From contig CALHCB010000055.1 in NCBI GenBank assembly GCA_937930695.1, positions 4,833-68,832 on the forward strand: 64,000 nt of DNA. Direction: 5' to 3'. The translations under genes were made by a program, and so were the position numbers. A model generated the notes under the pieces. It ran no database searches, was not told where the DNA came from, and saw only the letters and a list, made by a program, of their open reading frames with translations. Shown here in pieces: positions 10,087-20,069 of the stretch. Each line of letters opens with the position of its first letter. The stretch's first letter is position 1. The DNA comes from an uncultured Acidimicrobiales bacterium. GTDB lineage: Bacteria > Actinomycetota > Acidimicrobiia > Acidimicrobiales > SZUA-35.

Positions 10087-11052
10087 TCAATCGACCAGCA
10101 CGTCATCACGATCTCTGTCGAGCTCACGCTGCCCCTCGGCGCATGAATCGAGGATCGGGCAGAAGCGACACATGCCACTTGCCTGCTTCGTCGGCTCCCG
10201 CTTTTGGACTGTCAGCTCCACATATTTGGCAACGGCATCGACAACTCGTTTGGCCGTGGACCACAACATGTCTTCGGTGACCGCCTCGGAGCGAGGCTCG
10301 CCAGCGTCGAGGTAGTAGCTCACCAATAGGCGAGGCGGAACGCCAAGTTTGAGGGTCTCCAGCAGGGCGTAGAAACGCAGGTCGCTGGTGTGGCTCCCGT
10401 GAGGGCGTCCGGTCTTCAGATCGATGAGGACCCGGCCCGCTTCGTTGCCCCGAGGACGACCCAAGGTGAGATCGACCACTCCGCGCAGCGAAATTCTGTC
10501 GTCGCAGAACTCCGCTCTGACTCGCGACTCAGCGACCGGCACCCATGTGCGTTGAAGCGGAGGAAAGGTCTCGAAGAAGTTCGCCACGAGATCGTTCACT
10601 TGTCCAACGAGATCGGCTCGTTCGCCTTCGGTGAGTTGTTGGATGAACGGACTGATGCTCTTGTCGTCGTTTTCGAGCCTTGCCATCGCGTCGTTGACGA
10701 GATCAAGCGGTGTTGGGTTGCCACGTCGCGCCACCATGAGCTCGATGGCCTTGTGGGCGACTGTGCCCCTGGCGATGGGGATCTTCCACTCGAACTCAGC
10801 TTCTTCTTCCGCCAGGAACCGGCTTTCGCATCCGTGAATCATGCTGATCTTGTGCTTTGACATGAACAGCGGGGTTTCCTCTACATCCTCCAGCAGGGGT
10901 TCGAGCGAAGTGTTCAGTTCATGCCGCAGGTGATCGCGGAGGTCGTCGCGAAAGGAGGGTCGATCGGTCGTTCCGAGCTCGTCGAGAATCTGTTGTTGAG
11001 CAGGGTTGAGACGAGGCTTCGACGGGACGGCGTTTGCTGGTTGGTCGGTCAT
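10087..11052 (-). CDS. PD-(D/E)XK nuclease family protein (RecB/AddB/Cas4-like)
   Basis: RGTVAH, E...GVVD...IDLKTG..LRFY, one N-terminal Cys plus C-terminal CRFC-x5-C; ATG at 11052 overlaps the upstream stop. Confidence 0.85.
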   Translation of the reverse strand: MTDQPANAVPSKPRLNPAQQQILDELGTTDRPSFRDDLRDHLRHELNTSLEPLLEDVEETPLFMSKHKISMIHGCESRFLAEEEAEFEWKIPIARGTVAHKAIELMVARRGNPTPLDLVNDAMARLENDDKSISPFIQQLTEGERADLVGQVNDLVANFFETFPPLQRTWVPVAESRVRAEFCDDRISLRGVVDLTLGRPRGNEAGRVLIDLKTGRPHGSHTSDLRFYALLETLKLGVPPRLLVSYYLDAGEPRSEAVTEDMLWSTAKRVVDAVAKYVELTVQKREPTKQASGMCRFCPILDSCAEGQRELDRDRDDVLVD

Positions 11053-11792
11053 GTTGCTTGACGATCTGCTGCTTGGTCGACCAACCAGGAGAAGAGGGGG
11101 TCGTGGCTTCCGTTGGGCATGCGCTCGGGGTGCCACTGGACCGCAATCAGCGCGTGCTCGACATGCTCGACGACCTCAACCACTCCGTCCGCGGTACGGC
11201 CGGTAACGGTGAGCCCGTCGCCGAGCTGATCAACGGCCTGATGATGGAGCGAGTTCGCCTCGGTTGTGTTGCTGCCAAAGATCTTGGCGATCGACGACCC
11301 GGACTCGAATTGGACGAGATGGCGTCGGGCCAGCATTTCCTCTGCATTGTGAACCGGATCCGGTCCGGTCTCGCGACCTCGATGTTCAACGCTGGTGTCC
11401 CACATGTGCTGGTGGAGTGAGCCGCCAAGCGCAACATTGATGAGCTGGATTCCGCGACAGACACCCAACACGGGGATCCCGATCTCGAGGGCGGCCTGCA
11501 AGAGGTGCTGATCGCTCTCATCTGCCGCTGGGTTCGTCGACACCGCCCCTGCCGCTGAGGCCGAGTACTGGGCAGGGTCGATGTCGTCGCCGCCGCTCAG
11601 CAGCAGGGCATCGAAGCGCTGGAGGGTCTCTCGGGCGCCAGCCTCGTCAACGAAGCCGACGAGGGCTCCGATTCCACCGGCTCGCTCGATCCCGTCGAGG
11701 TACTCAGGATCGATCGTGTACAGATCGTTCTCGGGATGCACGAATGTGGGGAGCGAACGGCGCCAAGGTGTGACGGCAACAAGGGGCTTCAC
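11049..11792 (-). CDS. Gamma-glutamyl-gamma-aminobutyrate hydrolase-like (peptidase C26, class I glutamine amidotransferase)
   Basis: LSGGDDIDP, GVCRGIQ, NSLHHQAV, VQWHPE. Confidence 0.9.
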   Translation of the reverse strand: MKPLVAVTPWRRSLPTFVHPENDLYTIDPEYLDGIERAGGIGALVGFVDEAGARETLQRFDALLLSGGDDIDPAQYSASAAGAVSTNPAADESDQHLLQAALEIGIPVLGVCRGIQLINVALGGSLHQHMWDTSVEHRGRETGPDPVHNAEEMLARRHLVQFESGSSIAKIFGSNTTEANSLHHQAVDQLGDGLTVTGRTADGVVEVVEHVEHALIAVQWHPERMPNGSHDPLFSWLVDQAADRQAT

Positions 11793-11909
11793 GGCTCAAC
11801 ACTATCGCTGGGAGCCATGGGCGGCGGAGGACCGAATCTGGGGCGACCGAGCGGTGAGTCCTTCGATGTCATACCTGATCTCTATTGTCGTGAGCGTGGA
11901 GATTCGGGC

Positions 11910-12239
11910 ATGAGTTCAGTGGAGTTTGCGCAGGCGGCACGTTCGCTTGGCGCAGCCACGAGAGCCGCAGGCTTCGACGTCCCCGCCTTTCGCAGCCCGC
12001 CGCGCCAGCCGGGGCTCAATCGATCATTGCGTCGTCGCCCTGATGGTTCGTGCATCATCTCCGTTCGGATCGCCGACCGGCCCCTGGCGGCCACCATCGC
12101 CGACATGATCGATGGAGTCGTTGCTGCCAATGACCTGCAAGGCTCTGAGGCTGCTCGGCTCAGAGACGATCTTTGGGCCGTCACCACGCACCTGCTCGGG
12201 TCTGAGGGCGTTGAGGAGCCTGAGCGCCTCGCGGCCTGA
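11910..12239 (+). CDS. Hypothetical protein
   Basis: GGAG RBS before the ATG; protein-like sequence with FRSPPR and ADMIDGVVAAN segments. Confidence 0.7.
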   Translation: MSSVEFAQAARSLGAATRAAGFDVPAFRSPPRQPGLNRSLRRRPDGSCIISVRIADRPLAATIADMIDGVVAANDLQGSEAARLRDDLWAVTTHLLGSEGVEEPERLAA

Positions 12240-12439
12240 CACGCCTCGGTGAACAAGCAGTTGCCTCATGCTCGAGATCAGCCAAGCAGTTGTCTCGATG
12301 GGTTCGGTGGGCCACAATCTCAAACAGTGTTCACCATCGACCCAACGTGGAGAAGTGACAGAGCGTTCAGGATCGATCTCCTCTCGGCCTTCGGGCGAGG
12401 TGACGCATCGTGCCGCGGTTAGTTCACGCGGAACAGCGT

Positions 12440-12559
12440 GTGCCCGAGCCGCAGCGCGGTCGCACGCTCAATGTCCGGTTTGCGATCCGAATCGTCGTCT
12501 ACTTGATCATCTGCTTGCTGCTGGTGCTCGTGATCGTCCGGACGATCCGCGGCCTCTGA
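12440..12559 (+). CDS. Putative small single-pass membrane protein (39 aa)
   Basis: GTG...TGA reads MPEPQRGRTLNVRFAIRIVVYLIICLLLVLVIVRTIRGL, a clean TM helix in an otherwise empty gap; alternative GTG at 12410. Confidence 0.5.
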   Translation: MPEPQRGRTLNVRFAIRIVVYLIICLLLVLVIVRTIRGL

Positions 12560-12567
12560 TTGGCCAT

Positions 12568-13617
12568 TCAGTTGAGCTGCCGACGGAGTGCGGCACTCGC
12601 CAATCCGAGGAGGCTCAGGGCATAGCCAGCCAGAACAGCGACTTCAGTTCCGATGCCGCTGAGACTTTCCCGATCGAAGATGAGGTCCTTCCATCCTTCG
12701 AGGGCCCAATGATGAGGTGTGAGTCGGCTCACGGTCAGGAGGAAGTCCGGGAAGACCTCTGTCGGCACCATGCAGCCGCCGAGCGCCGCCAGGATCAAGG
12801 CAAGCGGTGGACCGATCGAATTGACCTGGTCTTCACTGGGGAACAGAGCTCCGACGAGCACCCCTGCGCCGCTTCCGACCAATGCGAACAAGATCAGCAG
12901 CACCACTGAGCCAAATGGATCGCCCCAATTGACGTCGAACGCCAACGCTCCGACGAGATAGATCAGCAGCGATTGGACGAGGGCGAGAACGAACCAGCTT
13001 CCCGCAAGACCGATCGTGATCGCTCCTACGCCTGCCGGGGTCGAGAGCGCTCGTCGGAGCACACCAGAGCGTCTGGCCCGAACGATGATCCCACCAGCGG
13101 TGAGGGCGGTGATGAAGGTGAACAGCACCAGGTTCTGCGCCGCGGTCAACGAGAAAGGCGACTGAGCAATGAAGCGGTTCTCGCCAATGTCGCGCACGTC
13201 GACGACAGGCTGTGGCGATCCAGGCGGAAGTACGAGGCGATCGATGGCCCGTTGCGCAATGGCACGGGCTGCGAGGGAGCCGTCCGATGACTCATTGCCG
13301 ATGAACGTCCATGAGCCGTCGGCTTCAGCGACGATCGCCGCTTCGGCATCGAAGCGCCGCAATTGGGATCGTGCCGCTTCCTCATCGGGCTCCCGTGATC
13401 CGACGATGCCATCCAGAGCGTTGAGCTCCGACACGAGGCGATCGGTCTCCGTGGACGGGTCACCGACGACAAGAATCTCGGTCTCGGTTGCGCCGCCAAA
13501 GGTCGTTCCGATGATGACCATGATGGCGATGGGGAGGACGATCATGAAGAAGATTGAGGTTCGGTCTCGGGCTTGTTGCTTCAAAGCAGCAAGCGTGAAC
13601 GCAGAGATCGACCTCAT
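12568..13617 (-). CDS. ABC-2 type exporter permease
   Basis: RDRTSIFFMIVLP, LRRALSTP, LGGCMVP, LTPHHW. Confidence 0.9.
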   Translation of the reverse strand: MRSISAFTLAALKQQARDRTSIFFMIVLPIAIMVIIGTTFGGATETEILVVGDPSTETDRLVSELNALDGIVGSREPDEEAARSQLRRFDAEAAIVAEADGSWTFIGNESSDGSLAARAIAQRAIDRLVLPPGSPQPVVDVRDIGENRFIAQSPFSLTAAQNLVLFTFITALTAGGIIVRARRSGVLRRALSTPAGVGAITIGLAGSWFVLALVQSLLIYLVGALAFDVNWGDPFGSVVLLILFALVGSGAGVLVGALFPSEDQVNSIGPPLALILAALGGCMVPTEVFPDFLLTVSRLTPHHWALEGWKDLIFDRESLSGIGTEVAVLAGYALSLLGLASAALRRQLN

Positions 13618-14717
13618 ATCTGCACCGATCGCTTGGAGAGCTGGAGGCCGACGCCGCCGAACACGAGACCAAAGACCACGAGCCCCACAAGTGTTGGGAA
13701 GAGGTCACGAATGCCTGCGTTGTCAGCGTTGAGGGCGGAAAACCCCTGGAGCGACAAGCCGTTGGGTGAGAATCGAGAAAGAGTTCGAAGCGTCGCTGGA
13801 GTGTCAGTGGGGGGAACGAATGCTCCGCCGATAAGGGCCAACATGAAGCCGACAACCGACTGAGCGCTCTCTGCCTGCTGGGGAGTCCGCGTCAGTCCGC
13901 CGATGAACAGGCTGACACCTCCGATGGCCGCAACCGTTCCGATGATCATCAATATGACGCCTGCGGGAGACCCCCATGTCGCGCCGAATGCCGCAGTCGT
14001 GATGATCCATACGACGACGAACCCGAGGGCACCGAGGGTCGCCGCGGCCAATACCTTGCCGCTGAGGATCGATCCGACGTTGGTCGGACCGGACAACATC
14101 CGGGGAAGTGTGGAGTTGTCGCGGTCTTCGAGCATCGATCTCGCTGCGGTCCCGACGGTGAAGAAGAGCAGCAGTCCGGCCATTGATGCGCCGTAGTACG
14201 CCATGACATTCAGGGGTCGTCCGCCCAGGGGTGCGGTGGCCAGCGGTGTGGGCTCGGTGAGCCCTGTCTGGAGTGAACCACCGATGCTGTACCCGATGGA
14301 CTCGCCGACCTGGGCGGAGATCGGACGATCTGGCGACTTCAGAACGAGGATCTCGCCGGTTGCTCCTACCACGATGGCAGCCCCGATCGTGCCGTCGTCG
14401 ATCTGTTCTTCTGCCAGAGCTTCTGAGCCCACCACGGTGAAGACAATGGAGCCTTCCTGCTCGTCGCTTGCTTGCTCATCGAACGACACAAGTTCGTCAG
14501 TCACTCCAGCGCTCAATGCGCTGCCTCCCGCATCCACAATCCCGATGTCGAACGTCGATGCTTCGGTGTTGGACAACATCGTTCCAAACACCACCGCAAG
14601 ACCGAGGGGAGCGAGGAAGGCGGTGACGAGAGCGGAGCGGGATCGAAGTCGTCGTCGGAGTTCTGTTGTTGCAACGGTGAACATGGCGTGAGCGGACAAC
14701 GCGTTCATCGTCATCAA
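13614..14717 (-). CDS. ABC-2 type exporter permease
   Basis: N-terminal TM, extracellular loop, 5 TM; GKVL and GGAFVP; overlaps both neighbours. Confidence 0.88.
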   Translation of the reverse strand: MMTMNALSAHAMFTVATTELRRRLRSRSALVTAFLAPLGLAVVFGTMLSNTEASTFDIGIVDAGGSALSAGVTDELVSFDEQASDEQEGSIVFTVVGSEALAEEQIDDGTIGAAIVVGATGEILVLKSPDRPISAQVGESIGYSIGGSLQTGLTEPTPLATAPLGGRPLNVMAYYGASMAGLLLFFTVGTAARSMLEDRDNSTLPRMLSGPTNVGSILSGKVLAAATLGALGFVVVWIITTAAFGATWGSPAGVILMIIGTVAAIGGVSLFIGGLTRTPQQAESAQSVVGFMLALIGGAFVPPTDTPATLRTLSRFSPNGLSLQGFSALNADNAGIRDLFPTLVGLVVFGLVFGGVGLQLSKRSVQI

Positions 14718-15658
14718 TCCCGGAGGGCTCGTCCAGTGAGCGATAAGAAGACTGCTTCGAGATTTGGTTCTCGTATCTCCACACCCTGCACCTCGCCGTG
14801 AGGGCTCAGCGCAGCGAGGGCTGCGACCAGGATCGCCGACGCATCCGAGACGTTGAGCTCGAGGCCCACAGACGTCACGTCGACTGACCGGACGCCATCG
14901 AGCGTCATCACCTCGCCAACAGCGATCTCGGTCTGATCGGTGAAGACGCCGGAGACGACGATCCGGTCCTCCTGGCCGACTCGTGACACGAGTTCGCGTT
15001 GACTGCCGACGGCGAGCAGGGAACCGTGGTCGAGAATGCCGACACGGTCACAGAGTCGCTCAGCCTCTTCCATGTAGTGGGTGGTATAGATGACGCTGAG
15101 CCCGCTCTGGCCCAGGTGTTCCACGCTGTCCAAGATCTGATTGCGGCTCTGCGGGTCGACCCCGACGGTTGGCTCATCCAAGATCAGCAGTGACGGTTCG
15201 TGCAGGAGTCCGACGGCAATGTTGGCTCGACGCTTCATGCCGCCCGAGTACTCATCGACTCGGTCGTCTGCGCGATCGCGGAGTCCCACGATCTCCAGCA
15301 CTTGCTCGATGCGGGCCTTGCGGCGAGCTCCGTCCATGTTCTGGAGGCGTCCGAAGAAGTCGAGATTCTCTCGAGTCGTCAGGTCCTCGTAGAGCGCGAT
15401 GTCCTGCGGGACCAAACCGATCTGTCCCTTGGCGCCATGCTGGGTCGGGCCGACGGGTTGGCCGCCCACTCTTATGCTGCCGCTGTCGGCCCCCAGGATC
15501 CCGGCAATCATGGACATTGTGGTGGTCTTGCCCGAACCGTTCGGCCCGAGCAGCCCGAATGTCTCGCCAGCATCAACGTGGAAGCTGAGTTCGTTCACCG
15601 CGGTGCGATCGCCGAACTTCTTCGCAAGGCCTTGTACCTCGAGCACCGTCGAGCTCAT
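14714..15658 (-). CDS. ABC exporter ATP-binding protein
   Basis: GPNGSGKT, YSGGMKRR, LILDEPTVGVD, TTHYMEE. Confidence 0.95.
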   Translation of the reverse strand: MSSTVLEVQGLAKKFGDRTAVNELSFHVDAGETFGLLGPNGSGKTTTMSMIAGILGADSGSIRVGGQPVGPTQHGAKGQIGLVPQDIALYEDLTTRENLDFFGRLQNMDGARRKARIEQVLEIVGLRDRADDRVDEYSGGMKRRANIAVGLLHEPSLLILDEPTVGVDPQSRNQILDSVEHLGQSGLSVIYTTHYMEEAERLCDRVGILDHGSLLAVGSQRELVSRVGQEDRIVVSGVFTDQTEIAVGEVMTLDGVRSVDVTSVGLELNVSDASAILVAALAALSPHGEVQGVEIREPNLEAVFLSLTGRALRD

Positions 15659-15804
15659 GGGCCTGCCTGCCAACACGTTCGGTTCTCATCCTTCACATGC
15701 TCGATCGTAGGCGCCATCGGGCACTGGTTCGTCCGTCGATAGACGGATTCGAACATCATCCTTTGGTCGAGGAGACCGATGAGGTAGTGGGCCTGCCAGG
15801 CAAT

Positions 15805-16653
15805 TCAAAAGGCGACCAGCGGCAGTGCGGCCACGGCGAGCACCGCTCCGATGATCTGAACCCGCGCCAGACGCTCGCCGAGGAGGAGGAAGGCAAGGAC
15901 GGCCGTCGAAACGGGATAAAAGGCTCCGAAAACTGAGGCGACAGCAACGGGGCCCCGTTGCAGCGCGACGAGAATCAAGACGTTCGCCACCATCTCGGCC
16001 ACGCCGCCGAGCACCGCGATACGGCGGACCGATGGAACAGGCAAGACCCGTCGATTGAGCAGGAGTGAGGCTCCAGCGACGACCGGAACGGACACGACTC
16101 TGGCGATCACAAGCGGCCACAGGCCAGCTTCGGAGCTTGTCTGTGCCAACGCGAGGTAGAACACACTGAATCCAATACCAGCGACGACTGCGAACCCAAT
16201 CGTCTGGATCGAGATGGTCCGCTGCGCCCTTTCCTCTCTCGGTTGGGAGGGGCGACGGGCAACGAGCGCCACTGCGACCACCGCCAACGAGAGCCCCATG
16301 GCGGTTGTTGCTGTCAACACTTCACCGCGAGCGATACTGACGGTTGCCGGGATGACGGCTCCGATGACTGCGGTCAGCGGGGCGACCACTCCCATCGCTC
16401 CCATACTGAGTGCTCGGTAGAAGGCAGCGAATGAGAAGACGCCAGAGACACCAGCGATGCCGCCCGCCACGGCATCGGCCGTTGTGACCGATGTCGAGGA
16501 AACGATCAGTGCGAGACCGATTGCAGTCACTCCCGACGCGAACTGGACGAGCGTCGTGACGGGGAGTTCATTGTCGCGTCGAGTCGCAGCCCCACCGGCA
16601 TAGTCAGCGCCTCCGATGATGAGCGCTGATGCAAGGGCGATGAGCGCCGTCAC
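15805..16653 (-). CDS. EamA/DMT family transporter
   Basis: About 10 TM; GGADYAGG, FYRALSMGAMGVVAP, YPVSTAVLA..LLGERL; GTG start at 16653. Confidence 0.88.
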   Translation of the reverse strand: MTALIALASALIIGGADYAGGAATRRDNELPVTTLVQFASGVTAIGLALIVSSTSVTTADAVAGGIAGVSGVFSFAAFYRALSMGAMGVVAPLTAVIGAVIPATVSIARGEVLTATTAMGLSLAVVAVALVARRPSQPREERAQRTISIQTIGFAVVAGIGFSVFYLALAQTSSEAGLWPLVIARVVSVPVVAGASLLLNRRVLPVPSVRRIAVLGGVAEMVANVLILVALQRGPVAVASVFGAFYPVSTAVLAFLLLGERLARVQIIGAVLAVAALPLVAF

Positions 16654-16717
16654 CGAGCGACCGAAGAAGTGGAGGGTCCACCGACGTTGCTGCGCCAGTT
16701 GGATCTGGGTCTGGTTC

Positions 16718-17500
16718 TCAACGCTCGTTCGCCAGCAACCACTCGTGCATGACGTCGGCAACGAGACGCCAATTTGGGTCGAGCATGACATCGTGGGCGA
16801 TGGGAACCATTCGAGCGGTCGTTCCGTATGCCGCTGCTGTCTTGGCAACTTGGGCTGGAGAGATGATCGCATCTCGTTCTGCGCCGATAACCAGCATCGG
16901 TGTGCGAACTGCCGATGGTTTCGGAAGATTGAGGCCCAACATGTCAACGAACGCTCGAAACGATTCGTCGCCGAGTCGATCGTGGTGTCGTTGCACATCG
17001 ACGTCGCTCAGCTCATCAGAGAAGAAGTGGCGACGGACGAGTTCGGGCGTCTCGACGAGGGGATAGAGCGAAAGGGTCGCGTTGGAGCGGGCGAATTGCT
17101 TCGGATACTGGCGAGCGATCCGCAGTGACGTCGGCCAGACGCCAGATGGCGGAACCGAGGCGAGAAGAGCGCCACCCGGAAGGTGGTGATCTTCCAGGTA
17201 ATGCTGGACGAGGAACCCACCCATCGAGTGGCCGATCAATACCGGTTCGGACGGTTGGGACTGCACTACGCCATCGATGTCATCGAGATAGTCCTTGGTC
17301 GAAGTCCATCGCAAACGATCGGTGCCGTGACTGCCCCCGTGGCCCCGGAGACTGACAGCGGTGGCCGAATAGCCGAGTGTCGCAAAGTGGTCGAGCATGT
17401 GCTCTTCCCAGCACCAGGCTCCGTGCCAGGCTCCGTGTACGAATACGAGCGGAGTGCGGTGCTGGGGCTCGGCGGGAGTGCGAGAGACGATTTCGAGCAT
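16718..17500 (-). CDS. Alpha/beta hydrolase
   Basis: VHGAWHGAWCW, GHSMGG, D and AHD catalytic motifs. Confidence 0.9.
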   Translation of the reverse strand: MLEIVSRTPAEPQHRTPLVFVHGAWHGAWCWEEHMLDHFATLGYSATAVSLRGHGGSHGTDRLRWTSTKDYLDDIDGVVQSQPSEPVLIGHSMGGFLVQHYLEDHHLPGGALLASVPPSGVWPTSLRIARQYPKQFARSNATLSLYPLVETPELVRRHFFSDELSDVDVQRHHDRLGDESFRAFVDMLGLNLPKPSAVRTPMLVIGAERDAIISPAQVAKTAAAYGTTARMVPIAHDVMLDPNWRLVADVMHEWLLANER

Positions 17501-17543
17501 GATCGAGATCGTACGGGCCAGCGTCACCACCTACGATCAGCCG

Positions 17544-19097
17544 ATGGCTGACGACATCACGTTCTATGACGACATCGAGGGCTATTGCGGTCGATTGAGT
17601 GTCGTGGCGGGGGGTGAGGTCGTGCTCCACGTGTCGACGAAGTCTCCCCAGTTCGACGTGGTCGTTGAGCGATGGGGGGCGACTCGTGAGATGGTCTGGT
17701 CTGAGACGGGATTCGATGGCGTGTTCACGCCGCCTCCTGCCGATGCCGATGCGCACGGGTGTCATTGGCCAGAAAGCGTCACCGTTCCTGTCGGCGACGA
17801 CTGGGAATCGGGCTTCTACCTCGTGACGTTGAGGGCCTCAGAAGCCGCCGAAGGGCGAGACGTCGCGCATGCCGGATTCGTCGTCCGTCCTGCCGAACGT
17901 CGACAACGAGCCCTACTCGTCCTCGCAACGAACACCTGGAATGCCTACAACACCTGGGGAGGCGCCAGTCTCTACACGGGAGGCAAAGAAGTGTCGTTCC
18001 GTCGGCCTTTCGGTCGTGGATTCCTGTGCCGCGATGAGGTCGAACGAGATGATCGGAAGGCTCGGCCGTTCCGTTGGGGCGAGGAACCGGATCCCGACGG
18101 TGAGATCTATCAGGCATACCGATTCGAGCAGGGCTATCCAGGGTTTATCGGCTCTTCGGGCTGGTTTACCTTTGAGCGTCGGTTCGTCGAGTGGGCCGAG
18201 CAAGAGGGAGTGCACTTCGACTTCGCCATCTCTTCGGACTTGGAAGACGTTCCCGATCTTTGCGACGGGTATGACCTCGTGCTCGGCGTTGGCCACGACG
18301 AGTACTGGTCAGGTCCCCAGCGCGACGCAGTCGAGCGACACGTCGAGAACGGCGGAAACTACGCCAGCTTCTCCGGCAACACGATGTTCTGGCAGGTTCG
18401 CTTGGCTGAGGGTGGAGGCGATGCCGCCGGAACCATGATCTGTCATAAGTATTCAGCACACGAAACCGATCCGATCATGGCCGAATCGCCGACGGGGATG
18501 ACCGGGATGTGGGCCGACCCGGTTGTCGGCCGGCCGGAGACCTCTTTTCTGGGCGGAGGGTCCGCGTACGGTCTGTACTACCGATTTGGGCAAGCCATCG
18601 CTCGCGGGTCCGGGGCCTTCACGGTCTACCGCGACGATCACTGGCTCCTTGCGGGTACGGGACTGCGCTACGGCGATCTCCTTGGCGCAACTGATGGAGT
18701 TGTCGGGTATGAGACGCTCGGTTGCCGTATCCAGTTCGATGAGTATCAATTGCCGATTCGAGCCGGCGGAGACAACACACCCGAAGATTTGGAGATCGTG
18801 GCCTTCACGCCCGCTTCGAATCTTGGAGTCGGTGAATACCCGAAGTCGATCTCTGCCCTCAACGATCAAGGCGACATGGAGTTCGTTGCTGAACGGCTCT
18901 ATGGGAGCGTGAATGAGGATGCGATCCGTCGAGTCCGGCACGGGAACGCCGTGATGGTTGTTGCCCGACCGTTCGGGCCGGCCGGGGGAGAGGTCGTCAA
19001 CATCGGAACCACTGATTGGACGTTCGGGCTCTCGGGAGATCCAGCAGTCTCCCGAGTAACAAAGAATGTGATCGCCCGGTATCTCGAAGTCAGTTGA
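17544..19097 (+). CDS. N,N-dimethylformamidase beta (large) subunit family protein
   Basis: WESGFY, TNTWNAYNTWGGASLY, VSFRRP, GHDEYWS, FSGN, VGYE, GTTDW. Confidence 0.82.
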   Translation: MADDITFYDDIEGYCGRLSVVAGGEVVLHVSTKSPQFDVVVERWGATREMVWSETGFDGVFTPPPADADAHGCHWPESVTVPVGDDWESGFYLVTLRASEAAEGRDVAHAGFVVRPAERRQRALLVLATNTWNAYNTWGGASLYTGGKEVSFRRPFGRGFLCRDEVERDDRKARPFRWGEEPDPDGEIYQAYRFEQGYPGFIGSSGWFTFERRFVEWAEQEGVHFDFAISSDLEDVPDLCDGYDLVLGVGHDEYWSGPQRDAVERHVENGGNYASFSGNTMFWQVRLAEGGGDAAGTMICHKYSAHETDPIMAESPTGMTGMWADPVVGRPETSFLGGGSAYGLYYRFGQAIARGSGAFTVYRDDHWLLAGTGLRYGDLLGATDGVVGYETLGCRIQFDEYQLPIRAGGDNTPEDLEIVAFTPASNLGVGEYPKSISALNDQGDMEFVAERLYGSVNEDAIRRVRHGNAVMVVARPFGPAGGEVVNIGTTDWTFGLSGDPAVSRVTKNVIARYLEVS

Positions 19098-19157
19098 GGT
19101 GTCACAACACCGATTCTCGTGTAGGTGCTGCCGCGGAATCTGAGGTAGGAACAGCAA

Positions 19158-19985
19158 ATGGCACGCACGATTGACACAGGTTCAGAACATCTTGATGCGA
19201 GCGTCAGTGACGACGGAATCGCGCTCATCACGATGAATCGCCCCGAGCGACGAAACGCAATGACCGACGGAATGCTCTCCGGTCTCGCCCTTGCCCTCGC
19301 CGAGGTCGAGACCGCAACAGACGTTCGCTGTGTGGTGCTAACCGGCGCTGGCGGAGCCTTCTGCGCTGGCGGCGATGTGAAAGGCTTCGCGGCCGGAGAT
19401 GGTGCCGGTGGCGGAGGGTCATCCTGGGATGCGGGAGTCCACGAGCAGCGCCTCAGCCATCGCAACACCTCCGGTGTGCTGTTCAACATGCCAAAGCCGA
19501 CGATCGCCGTCCTGCCCGGTCCAGCGGCGGGTGCAGGACTCTCCCTCGCCTTGGCCTGCGACATGAGAATCGCAGTGGACACCGCGATCATCACAACGGC
19601 GTTTGCTCGCGTCGGGCTTGCCGGCGACTACGGCGGAACCTGGTTCCTGACCCAGCTCGTTGGCCCGGCGAAGGCCAAGGAGCTCTACTACTTGTCCGAG
19701 CGAGTCGACATGCAGACTGCCCTCGATCTTGGCATCGTGAACAGAGTCGCAGGTGCAGACGATCTGGAGTCGACGTGGCAGGACGTTGCCGGTCGATTGG
19801 CAGCTGGTCCTCCTCTGGCATACCGATACATGAAAGAGAACATCAATCGCTCGGTTGATGGGGATCTTTGGACCACGCTCGATCTTGAATCAACGCATCA
19901 TCGGCACACTGGAACGACGGCTGATCACAAGCAAGCCGCGCAGTCCTTCGTCGACAAGACCGAGCCGGTCTTCGAGGGTCGCTGA
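19158..19985 (+). CDS. Enoyl-CoA hydratase/isomerase
   Basis: AFCAGGDV, PKPTIA..PGPAAGAG, AFARVGLAGDYGG. Confidence 0.92.
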   Translation: MARTIDTGSEHLDASVSDDGIALITMNRPERRNAMTDGMLSGLALALAEVETATDVRCVVLTGAGGAFCAGGDVKGFAAGDGAGGGGSSWDAGVHEQRLSHRNTSGVLFNMPKPTIAVLPGPAAGAGLSLALACDMRIAVDTAIITTAFARVGLAGDYGGTWFLTQLVGPAKAKELYYLSERVDMQTALDLGIVNRVAGADDLESTWQDVAGRLAAGPPLAYRYMKENINRSVDGDLWTTLDLESTHHRHTGTTADHKQAAQSFVDKTEPVFEGR

Positions 19986-20069
19986 TCACGTCTGCGATGG
20001 CTCTGCTGAGCTCATCGCTTCGCCCGCAGCGTCCAAAGCAAACTGACCCCGATCGTTAGAGTGCCGTTT

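Noticed and set aside
15805-16998. 397-aa version of the EamA transporter
   Set aside because: The extension overlaps the upstream hydrolase in another frame; the transporter sequence begins at 16653
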